From IMG/VR virus record IMGVR_UViG_2711768014_000005: 6,359 bases of DNA, one strand, 5' to 3'. Below the pieces are notes generated by a model. It ran no database searches. It was not told where the DNA came from and saw only the letters and a list, made by a program, of their open reading frames with translations. The position numbers and the translations under genes were made by a program. This DNA is from a virus (taxonomy: Duplodnaviria; Heunggongvirae; Uroviricota; Caudoviricetes). Positions 1 through 5,881 of this stretch are shown here, piece by piece (positions within the stretch are counted from its first letter, which is position 1; each line of letters starts with the position of its first letter).

Positions 1-105
1 CTCGTCTGGGGAATATCTCCCCGGCAGCCTTCAGGGAAAAATATCATCAGATGGCTGCTTAAAAAAAGAACAAATGGTAGTGTCCGCTATTGCCAGTACA
101 CCTCA
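1..105. repeat. Left arm of a perfect 105-bp terminal inverted repeat (partner 6255..6359)
   Basis: Reverse complement of 6255..6359 is identical to 1..105 base for base; identity breaks at position 106 (g here, t in the partner). Lies inside an open frame. Confidence 0.95.
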
Positions 106-139
106 GGATAGCGGTCATGTGATGCCGGTTTCCCGGTAA
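1..139 (+). CDS. 3' end of an unidentified gene (partial; start lies outside the window)
   Basis: Frame is open from the window edge, with stop TAA at 137..139. Translation ...SSGEYLPGSLQGKISSDGCLKKEQMVVSAIASTPQDSGHVMPVSR*. First 105 nt are the inverted repeat, so the same residues also begin the minus-strand gene at the right end. Confidence 0.4.
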   Translation, partial: SSGEYLPGSLQGKISSDGCLKKEQMVVSAIASTPQDSGHVMPVSR

Positions 140-509
140 CTCAGCACCGGTATCTGAGTCAACGTTTTCTCTACTGGGTCATTTCCGATACGCCCTGCCT
201 GCTGACAGGCTTTCATCACATCTGAAAATATAGCACCCTGACTGATACTGTAGTACCTAAGGTTCCAGAAACTGTGATGTATCCGGCACAGAAAAGCCCC
301 TCCGGAGAGGGCTGGAGAGTGGCGCTATGTGCCATTGCATGATGCCGGGTGCCTCCCGGTGAATTCAGTACCAGCACCTGAATCCGCGATTATCCCATAT
401 ACCTACTCGCTGATTGCCCCTCCGCACAGGGGGATTCACCATGCCAGTTTCTTTTAACAAACTCCCCGCAAAACAGACAACTGTCAACCGTCTGAATTGT
501 GAGACATTT

Positions 510-535
510 AAAAAAAAGGCCCGCAAAAGCGAGCC
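510..535 (-). terminator. Putative rho-independent terminator downstream of the tRNA cluster
   Basis: Minus strand reads GGCTCGC-TTTT-GCGGGCC followed by a run of 8 T (6 of 7 stem pairs), starting 15 nt after the 3' end of the last tRNA. Confidence 0.5.
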
Positions 536-549
536 AGGGAAAATAAGTG

Positions 550-626
550 TGGCGCGTTGTACTGGATTCGAACCAGTGACCGATTGCTTAGAAGGCAATT
601 GCTCTGTCCGGCTGAGCTAACAACGC
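550..626 (-). tRNA. argO: tRNA-Arg (anticodon TCT)
   Basis: Minus-strand sequence GCGTTGTTAGCTCAGCCGGACAGAGCAATTGCCTTCTAAGCAATCGGTCACTGGTTCGAATCCAGTACAACGCGCCA folds as a cloverleaf: acceptor GCGTTGT/ACAACGC, T-arm ACTGG-TTCGAAT-CCAGT, anticodon loop CTTCTAA, encoded CCA. Gene name assigned from position in the ileZ-argN-argO trio I recall from Stx-type lambdoid phages. Confidence 0.85.
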
Positions 627-639
627 ATGATGCAGATAA

Positions 640-716
640 TGGACCGCCATCGGGGACTTGAACCCCGCGCAGCCAGCTTCGAAGGCTGGCGCTCTTTCCT
701 GATGAGCTAATGGCGG
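640..716 (-). tRNA. argN: tRNA-Arg (anticodon TCG)
   Basis: Minus-strand sequence CCGCCATTAGCTCATCAGGAAAGAGCGCCAGCCTTCGAAGCTGGCTGCGCGGGGTTCAAGTCCCCGATGGCGGTCCA: acceptor CCGCCAT/ATGGCGG, anticodon stem CCAGC/GCTGG with loop CTTCGAA, T-arm CGGGG-TTCAAGT-CCCCG, encoded CCA. D-loop is slightly atypical. Gene name assigned by order. Confidence 0.78.
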
Positions 717-723
717 TATGTGA

Positions 724-799
724 TGGTGGCCCTTGCTGGATTTGAACCAGCGACCTGGCGATTATGAGTCGCTCGCTCTCACCACTGAGCTAAAGGGCC
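724..799 (-). tRNA. ileZ: tRNA-Ile2 (anticodon CAT, lysidine-type; formally also compatible with Met)
   Basis: Minus-strand sequence GGCCCTTTAGCTCAGTGGTGAGAGCGAGCGACTCATAATCGCCAGGTCGCTGGTTCAAATCCAGCAAGGGCCACCA: acceptor GGCCCTT/AAGGGCC, anticodon loop CTCATAA, encoded CCA. Closely resembles E. coli tRNA-Ile2 (ileX) as recalled. Confidence 0.85.
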
Positions 800-839
800 G
801 GGAGCCGCATAATAACGACGCGTAATTAATTCTTCAATA

Positions 840-1898
840 TCATCCGTTCTGGCTGACTAAATCCTGTACTTCCCGAACCGTCTGCTCAAAACGTTCAGTC
901 TCCAGCTCAACGCCAATTGCACGACGCCCGAGCGCCAGTGCCGCTTTCACTGTCGAACCCAACCCCATGAAAAAATCTGCAATCAGGTCACCCGGACGAC
1001 TGCTAGCGCTGATTATCTGCTGCAGCATTTCTGCCGGTTTTTCGCACGGATGTTTCCCGGGATAGAACTGCACCGGTTTATGCGTCCACACATCGGTATA
1101 CGGCACCTGCACCGTCACGCCAAAATACCGCCGCAGATGTTTATATTCACTCAGCAGCTCCGCATACTGCCGGTTCAGTGAGGTATACGTATCCACCAGC
1201 TGGTGGTGGAGCTTTTCCAGTTCACCACGCCGATGCTTCTCTTCTGCCACCCGGGCAAACAGCGCCTGTAATTTCAGATAATCGCTTTCATTCGGCAACT
1301 GCCACTGACCGGCACTGAACCAGTGCGACACCATGTTTTTCTTTCCTGTGGCATCTGCAATCTGTTTTGCCGTTATCCCCAGGGCAGCTCGCGCATCACG
1401 AAAGTAAGAAATCAGCGGGGCCATCACATGCTGTTTCAGTGCACTGCCCTTCGCCGCATACCCGGCATCTTTCGGACGATACGGCCCCTGATAATGTTCC
1501 GCGAACAGAATGCGCTCTGTGGCGGGGAAATACGCCCGCAGGCTTTCCTTGTTGCATCCGTTCCAGCGTCCGGACGGCTTCGCCCAGATAATATGGTTCA
1601 GCACACTGAAGCGTTCACGCATCATGATTTCGATATCAGATGCCAGGCGATGACCACAGAACAGGTAAAGACTTCCGGCAGGTTTCAGCACCCGCCAGAA
1701 CTGCGCCAGACACTGGTCCAGCCACTTCAGGTAATCATCGTCGCCCTTCCACTGGTTATCCCAGCCCTCAGGCTTCACTTTAAAGTACGGCGGGTCCGTG
1801 ACTATCAGGTCAACAGAATTTTCGGGTAACGACCGGATAAATTCCAGGCAGTCGGCGTTGATTAACTCACAACTGGATATTTTTACAGTATTAAGCAT
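840..1898 (-). CDS. DNA methyltransferase, beta-class (N6-adenine or N4-cytosine), orphan
   Basis: 352-aa ORF. Catalytic motif IV DPPY near the N-terminus (LIVTDPPYF) and AdoMet-binding motif I near the C-terminus (DFFMGLGST), the beta-class order. No restriction endonuclease partner in the window. Confidence 0.9.
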   Translation of the reverse strand: MLNTVKISSCELINADCLEFIRSLPENSVDLIVTDPPYFKVKPEGWDNQWKGDDDYLKWLDQCLAQFWRVLKPAGSLYLFCGHRLASDIEIMMRERFSVLNHIIWAKPSGRWNGCNKESLRAYFPATERILFAEHYQGPYRPKDAGYAAKGSALKQHVMAPLISYFRDARAALGITAKQIADATGKKNMVSHWFSAGQWQLPNESDYLKLQALFARVAEEKHRRGELEKLHHQLVDTYTSLNRQYAELLSEYKHLRRYFGVTVQVPYTDVWTHKPVQFYPGKHPCEKPAEMLQQIISASSRPGDLIADFFMGLGSTVKAALALGRRAIGVELETERFEQTVREVQDLVSQNG

Positions 1899-2029
1899 GG
1901 ATCATTAAGCCTGTCTCTGATAGGCTCATTCTGCTTTTGCGCAAAGCAGTGGGCCTGAGGTTTGCTTGTGAACCCAACGCATGAGCAGATGGCTGGTGGG
2001 TGCCCCTAACACCCACCAGCCGCCCATTT

Positions 2030-2062
2030 ACCACAAATAAAAAAGCCTTCACTGCGGAAGGC
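2030..2062 (-). terminator. Putative rho-independent terminator at the 3' end of the 65-aa ORF
   Basis: Minus strand reads GCCTTC-CGCAGT-GAAGGC followed by TTTTTTATTTG; the hairpin overlaps the last codons and stop of ORF 2049..2246. Confidence 0.45.
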
Positions 2063-2246
2063 GTCTGTAACAACCGAACTGATAGTCTGCCAGACCCGCC
2101 ATAACCAGCTGGGTCAGTATTAACTGGCAGCGTTCGCGTGAAAGGTAAGTATTCTGCGCTATCTCCCCGACTGTCGCCGGTTCGGTAACGCTTAATTCAT
2201 TAAACACCACTCTGGCGGTTTCTGTCATATCCTGCTGTTTTAGCAT
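2049..2246 (-). CDS. Small hypothetical protein with helix-turn-helix-like segment (65 aa)
   Basis: ATG at 2246 preceded by GGAAAAGGAAAAGAC (AAGGA-type ribosome-binding site). Segment TVGEIAQNTYLSRERCQLILTQL looks like an HTH recognition helix. Sits between tR' and the methyltransferase. Confidence 0.55.
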   Translation of the reverse strand: MLKQQDMTETARVVFNELSVTEPATVGEIAQNTYLSRERCQLILTQLVMAGLADYQFGCYRRLPQ

Positions 2247-2364
2247 GTCTTTTCCTTTTCCGGTTAACGTGACACACCAATAACTCTTGTCGAAAAAGCC
2301 AGCAAGCTGAAAGACAGGTATTCACCGCCACCAGCGCGTTTACTGTACTGACGCGATTTCAGTC

Positions 2365-2390
2365 ATAAAAAACCCGCTCGGCGGCGGGTT
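2365..2390 (-). terminator. tR'-like rho-independent terminator downstream of pR'
   Basis: Minus strand reads AACCCGC-CGCCGA-GCGGGTT followed by TTTTATG; about 40-65 nt downstream of the predicted late promoter. Confidence 0.7.
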
Positions 2391-2430
2391 GTAGAAACTC
2401 TTCTAACGTCAGGCATAAAACGCCCATCGT

Positions 2431-2466
2431 TATAACGAATTTACCACAGATTCCGGAAAAATCAAC
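2431..2466 (-). promoter_or_regulatory. Late promoter pR' with overlapping qut-like site
   Basis: Minus strand has -35 TTGATT (2460..2465) and -10 TAAATT (2438..2443) with a 16-nt spacer, immediately after the Q stop codon. The -10 and initial transcribed sequence TAAATT...AACGATGGG closely parallel lambda pR'/qut as recalled. Confidence 0.65.
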
Positions 2467-2470
2467 CTTG

Positions 2471-3076
2471 TTACCTAGTTACCTTTTTTAACTGNNNNNN
2501 NNNNNNNNNNNNNNNNNNNNNNNNNNNNNNNNNNNNNNNNNNNNNNNNNNNNNNNNNNNNNNNNNNNNNNNNNNNNNNNNNNNNNNNNNNNNNNNNNNNN
2601 NNNNNNNNNNNNNNNNNNNNNNNNNNNNNNNNNNNNNNNNNNNNNNNNNNNNNNNNNNNNNNNNNNNNNNNNNNNNNNNNNNNNNNNNNNNNNNNNNNNN
2701 NNNNNNNNNNNNNNNNNNNNNNNNNNNNNNNNNNNNNNNNNNNNNNNNNNNNNNNNNNNNNNNNNNNNNNNNNNNNNNNNNNNNNNNNNNNNNCTGCCGG
2801 TTTTATTTCTGCCGGGAGTTTTCTTAACGCCGCCACGCGATCACACCGACTGAGTGCATATTCTGTCAGCAATTCTGTTGCCCGCTCTCTGTCATTCATA
2901 CTAATGCCCATTTTCCCAAGGAACGCAGAAACCCCCATCTCAGCCCGATTCTGTGTCATGCCCTGCGCGGCCATCACATCAGTGATACTCAGCGCATCTT
3001 TCGACGTTGAGGCCGATGCATCAGTCAGGCCGGGGGATTTTGGGGAGTAGTATTTCGGTAAATCTTCCAGTTTCAT
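2471..3076 (-). CDS. Q: Late-gene antiterminator Q (lambda Q family); middle masked by N run
   Basis: N-terminal 94 aa MKLEDLPKYYSPKSPGLTDASASTSKDALSITDVMAAQGMTQNRAEMGVSAFLGKMGISMNDRERATELL... parallels lambda Q (MRLESVAKFHSPKSPMMSDS...SGTDVMAAMGMAQSQAGFGMAAFCGK...), and the C-terminus ...KVTR* matches lambda ...AVTR*. Frame is preserved across the 299 N. ATG overlaps the rusA stop (ATGA). Confidence 0.85.
   Translation of the reverse strand: MKLEDLPKYYSPKSPGLTDASASTSKDALSITDVMAAQGMTQNRAEMGVSAFLGKMGISMNDRERATELLTEYALSRCDRVAALRKLPAEIKPAXXXXXXXXXXXXXXXXXXXXXXXXXXXXXXXXXXXXXXXXXXXXXXXXXXXXXXXXXXXXXXXXXXXXXXXXXXXXXXXXXXXXXXXXXXXXXXXXXXXXQLKKVTR
2495..2793. other. Run of 299 N (masked or unresolved sequence) inside the Q gene
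   Basis: Contiguous n characters. Length is frame-compatible with the flanking Q coding sequence (283 nt upstream + 299 N + 21 nt + stop = 201 codons). Confidence 1.
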
Positions 3077-3453
3077 TTTTTGACCTGCCCTTCAAGCATT
3101 ATGGGATAAATCTTCACCCCCAGACGTCCACCAGATACTGGCTGAGCACGAACGATATTGATTTCATCAAACTGCTCATCGTCCATTAGCAACCCCGCAT
3201 GCGTCAGCGCATCCAGCGGCGCTTTCAGAATATTGTCCAGGTCACGGCGGCGCTTATCCGGTGGTTCTGCAATAATTTTTATTGCCAACCTTCCGGACAG
3301 GCTTAATTTCAGCCGCTGCTGGCGAACAATAAGCGCCACTGCCCGGCGATAACGCTCCCCGGCTTTTGATACAAAATATGTGCTGCCACGACGACGCCAG
3401 TAAGTGTTCACCGTCGGCGGGTAAGGTAAAACAAATTCTATGCGCTCGGTCAT
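3073..3453 (-). CDS. rusA: RusA-type Holliday junction resolvase (crossover junction endodeoxyribonuclease)
   Basis: 126 aa with the RusA signature ...PPDKRRRDLDNILKAPLDALT... and N-terminal LPYPPTVNTYWRRRG matching the E. coli RusA pattern. Start ATG directly follows the stop of the upstream ORF; its stop overlaps the Q start. Confidence 0.9.
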   Translation of the reverse strand: MTERIEFVLPYPPTVNTYWRRRGSTYFVSKAGERYRRAVALIVRQQRLKLSLSGRLAIKIIAEPPDKRRRDLDNILKAPLDALTHAGLLMDDEQFDEINIVRAQPVSGGRLGVKIYPIMLEGQVKK

Positions 3454-4512
3454 TTATGCTTTCCACTTCAGAACACCCGAATTTCTCGCGTGCATTAAAA
3501 AACGAATCAGCAACAACAGCTGACTGCCGTGTTTCTCTTCAAAATCTTTTACTCCGGCATGTAGTTCGTTACGGCATTTACGGCATAACGGAATAACAAA
3601 CAAATCATCAGCCTTTGTTCCCATCCCTCCCAGTCCATGACCAATGATGTGATGCGGATCATCTGCCTGATTGCCACACGTCATGCATTTCTGCGTTTTT
3701 ACCCAGCGCGTGTATACAGGCATCTCTTCCCGTTGTGATTTCTGGCGCTGGAGATACTGAGCCGGTGACTCCGGATCAACGGCAATGCTGACCACCGTCT
3801 TTTCCTGTGGTGGGTTCTGTTGCTGGTGGACGTGAGGCAGTAACGCAATATTTTTTGTGCGCTGCTTCAGTATGCTGGTGGCTGTCTGCTCTCCCGGTAT
3901 GATGTCGCTTTCACTGTACACAGAGCGAATTTTTTCCGCACGCAACCCCAGCGAACGACGTAATACCGCTTCCGGTAGCGCGTCCGCCACCTGATTGCGG
4001 ACCGCCCACCAGGATAATTCAGCCAGAGATAATTCACGCTCCTGCGTACCGCTTATTGCGTGACCGATGACGTCAATCATCCATGCTGACAGGTTTTGAT
4101 GAGCAAGTTGCTCGAGTGATTCGGATGTCTGGTCACGCAGCTGGTTGTCGCAGTGCCAGCACAACACCATTGCGCCGGTACCATAACGGTGAATGACGGT
4201 TTCGCTGTGATGATAATCGCCGTGTGGCCACTGGCAGGATTTAATATGGCGCAACAGCCAGTCAGACAATGCACCAGCACCACCAGCAGCACGAATCACC
4301 CGTGCGTTACTGAAAAACGGCAGCAATGTTTTGTCTTCCACCAGCGGCTGGCGAGCGGCAGGAACGACCCCGGACGGCAGATTACGCATGCTTTTTGGTT
4401 CCGGCTCCACCAGTATTCTGCCGTTATGGAATGCTGACATTGATTCACGGCCTGGCTTAACGATAACCAGACCGAGTTCCGGTACCAGAACAGGTCGAAG
4501 TAATACCCGCAC
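3454..4512 (-). CDS. ydfU: YdfU/DUF968-like lambdoid prophage protein with C-terminal HNH-like Cys/His motif
   Basis: 352-aa ORF from GTG at 4512 preceded by GGAGGT; an internal ATG at 4440 (MSAFHNG...) is an alternative start. C-terminus CMTCGNQADDPHHIIGHGLGG...LCRKCRNELH. Size and position between rem/hok and Q match Qin-prophage ydfU as recalled; the family name is not verified by search. Confidence 0.7.
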   Translation of the reverse strand: MRVLLRPVLVPELGLVIVKPGRESMSAFHNGRILVEPEPKSMRNLPSGVVPAARQPLVEDKTLLPFFSNARVIRAAGGAGALSDWLLRHIKSCQWPHGDYHHSETVIHRYGTGAMVLCWHCDNQLRDQTSESLEQLAHQNLSAWMIDVIGHAISGTQERELSLAELSWWAVRNQVADALPEAVLRRSLGLRAEKIRSVYSESDIIPGEQTATSILKQRTKNIALLPHVHQQQNPPQEKTVVSIAVDPESPAQYLQRQKSQREEMPVYTRWVKTQKCMTCGNQADDPHHIIGHGLGGMGTKADDLFVIPLCRKCRNELHAGVKDFEEKHGSQLLLLIRFLMHARNSGVLKWKA

Positions 4513-4587
4513 ATTACCTCCAGATCCGTTGCTGGAATGTGCGGGACGGACGCGTTGGCCGTTCGGAGTAAGGGAGCCTGACGGAGA

Positions 4588-4869
4588 TTATCCAGTGACG
4601 GTAGTCGAGGCTAAGGGCTTTTTTAACCTCGCATCCGCGCCTGCGGTAACACTGAATGAGCCATTCGGCCTGTTCTTCAGTGCATGGGGGATGCTGGTAC
4701 CAATCAGATTTAAATGCGTGAGAGCGCCGCCCGTGCCTGCTGGCAAAGACGGCTGAATTATCAGAATTGTGTAGTCTGGAAGGCAGTGGCTGACAATAGC
4801 GCCATTCTCAACGCGCACAGTATAGAGGCCATCTTCACTAAAAATTTCACGTAATTCTTCGATTTTCAT
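4588..4869 (-). CDS. Hypothetical small protein (rem-like by position)
   Basis: ATG at 4869 preceded by GGAAGGA with an 8-nt spacer; 93 aa MKIEELREIFSEDGLYTVRVENGAIVSHC.... Lies between hok and the ydfU-like gene, where rem lies in Qin. C-terminal half is of lower complexity. Confidence 0.45.
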   Translation of the reverse strand: MKIEELREIFSEDGLYTVRVENGAIVSHCLPDYTILIIQPSLPAGTGGALTHLNLIGTSIPHALKNRPNGSFSVTAGADARLKKPLASTTVTG

Positions 4870-4989
4870 CAACAGAATCCTTCCAGATAAATAGCACTCC
4901 CCTGTTCGGGGTCCATCCCTCTTCTCCCTGCGCGCTACTTAAGTATTTTTGATTCTATTCCGGCACCATCTAAAACTTCAAACGCGTTG

Positions 4990-5020
4990 AAAATAAAAAC
5001 AAAAACCCGCCGAAGCGGGT
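4990..5020 (-). terminator. Rho-independent terminator at the 3' end of the hok transcript
   Basis: Minus strand reads ACCCGC-TTCG-GCGGGT followed by TTTTTGTTTTTATTTT, about 70 nt downstream of the hok stop. Confidence 0.55.
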
Positions 5021-5089
5021 TAAGTGTGGGTGCATTGAGGATGCCTGCCCCATCAGAGGTGGCGAGGGATTTCTCCCCCGCCTGGTCTC

Positions 5090-5245
5090 TTACTCCTCAG
5101 GTTCGTAAGCTGTGAAGACAGCGACCTCCGTCTGGCCGGTTCGAATTCGTACCTCGCAGAGGTCTTTCCTCGTTACCAGTGCCGTCACTATGACGGTTAA
5201 ACAGATGACGATCAGGGCGATTAACATCGCCTTTTGCTGCTTCAT
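5090..5245 (-). CDS. hokD: Hok/Gef-family membrane toxin (HokD/RelF-like), 51 aa
   Basis: MKQQKAMLIALIVICLTVIVTALVTRKDLCEVRIRTGQTEVAVFTAYEPEE has the Hok-family transmembrane segment and conserved C-terminal region (compare Hok ...[28 protein letters not shown]). Start ATG at 5245 preceded by AAGGAG at 8 nt. The 70-aa ORF in the track is an in-frame upstream extension. Confidence 0.85.
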   Translation of the reverse strand: MKQQKAMLIALIVICLTVIVTALVTRKDLCEVRIRTGQTEVAVFTAYEPEE

Positions 5246-5456
5246 AGCCTGCTTCTCCTTGCCTTTCGGCACGTAAGAGGCTAACCTAGATTTGCCGTTC
5301 ATAGATTGAGCCTCAGATTAATGTTAAGCGTCTTGCCGGACGCGTAATGTTAACTGGGGCTTTTCTCTATCTGCCTTTTGGTGTTCATGCCTGAGACAGA
5401 TAGCCTCAAGCACCCGCTGCAATTCTACTTAACTCTCCTTTTCCCGCAAACCGTTT

Positions 5457-5540
5457 TTATCCCCAGCGGCAAATCGAATACACCACCAGCGCCACCGCCA
5501 TCGCAATTCCTACCGTTGTTAATGCTTCAGGCCAGGTCAT
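5457..5540 (-). CDS. Possible 27-aa hydrophobic micro-ORF
   Basis: [27 protein letters not shown] has a single predicted transmembrane stretch. Its ATG overlaps the TGA stop of the 114-aa ORF (ATGA). Below the ORF-track size cutoff and may be fortuitous. Confidence 0.25.
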   Translation of the reverse strand: MTWPEALTTVGIAMAVALVVYSICRWG

Positions 5541-5881
5541 CGTAAAATATCCTCCACGCTTATCAGTCCGTTCCGCTCCAGATAACTCATCGCCTTATCC
5601 GGTAATTTGCAGTCTGGCTTCGCTTTCCTCAGTTGCCAGGTTAACTGCTTTACCAGCATGGTTAACTCATCGACCAGACGCTGATATCCCACTGGTTTGT
5701 ATTCATGCAATTTACCGGCTGGCTCTGCTGCCAGCGATACCAGTGCGATTTCCAGAACAGCAATATCCATCTTATATGTGCGGATGATGTCATGGTCGAT
5801 TGTGCCCGGTATGCACAGTCTCTGTGCTTCAATAGTCTCCTCTGCGTGAGCTATTAACTGCTCTCTGGTAAAAGTCGTCAT
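5537..5881 (-). CDS. Hypothetical protein, 114 aa (N-terminal domain paralogous to the upstream 55-aa ORF)
   Basis: [23 protein letters not shown]...[13 protein letters not shown].... ATG overlaps the stop of the 55-aa ORF (ATGA), preceded by GAAGGGG. No family recognisable by eye. Confidence 0.6.
   Translation of the reverse strand: MTTFTREQLIAHAEETIEAQRLCIPGTIDHDIIRTYKMDIAVLEIALVSLAAEPAGKLHEYKPVGYQRLVDELTMLVKQLTWQLRKAKPDCKLPDKAMSYLERNGLISVEDILR

Noticed and set aside
106-549. Shiga toxin (stxAB) genes downstream of the tRNA trio
   Set aside because: No ORF of appropriate size or any ORF of 60 aa or more on the late strand in this interval.
365-620. ORFs 365..598 (-) and 414..620 (+), 77 and 68 aa
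   Set aside because: Both overlap the tRNA-Arg(TCT) gene and the terminator hairpin, and neither has a convincing ribosome-binding site; most likely non-coding.
1323-1829. Plus-strand ORFs of 168 and 74 aa inside the methyltransferase gene
   Set aside because: Antisense shadow ORFs entirely within a well-supported 352-aa methyltransferase coding sequence; Arg/Pro/Cys-rich composition typical of out-of-frame translation.
1891-2073. 60-aa minus-strand ORF spanning the intergenic hairpins
   Set aside because: Overlaps the palindrome and hairpin region and the 3' end of the 65-aa ORF in another frame; no ribosome-binding site; likely fortuitous.
2283-2364. 8-codon micro-ORF (MTEIASVQ) just downstream of the tR' T tract on the minus strand
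   Set aside because: Too short, no ribosome-binding site, and lies within the terminator-proximal leader; most likely fortuitous.
2495-2793. N run as a possible biological feature such as a repeat or CRISPR array
   Set aside because: It is masked or undetermined sequence inside the Q reading frame; no inference about its content is possible and no CRISPR repeats are visible anywhere in the window.
3007-3596. ORFs 3007..3189 (+), 3158..3352 (+), 3254..3466 (-) and 3366..3596 (+)
   Set aside because: All overlap the rusA, Q or ydfU-like genes in other frames or on the opposite strand; the RusA frame carries the diagnostic motifs.
4077-4756. ORFs 4077..4292 (-), 4153..4437 (+), 4296..4514 (-) and 4331..4756 (+)
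   Set aside because: Alternative-frame or antisense ORFs within or abutting the ydfU-like gene; compositions look non-protein-like.
5090-5302. 70-aa extended version of the hok ORF starting at ATG 5302
   Set aside because: Hok-family toxins are about 50 aa; the internal ATG at 5245 has a strong AAGGAG site and gives the canonical 51-aa product. The extension is probably leader sequence.
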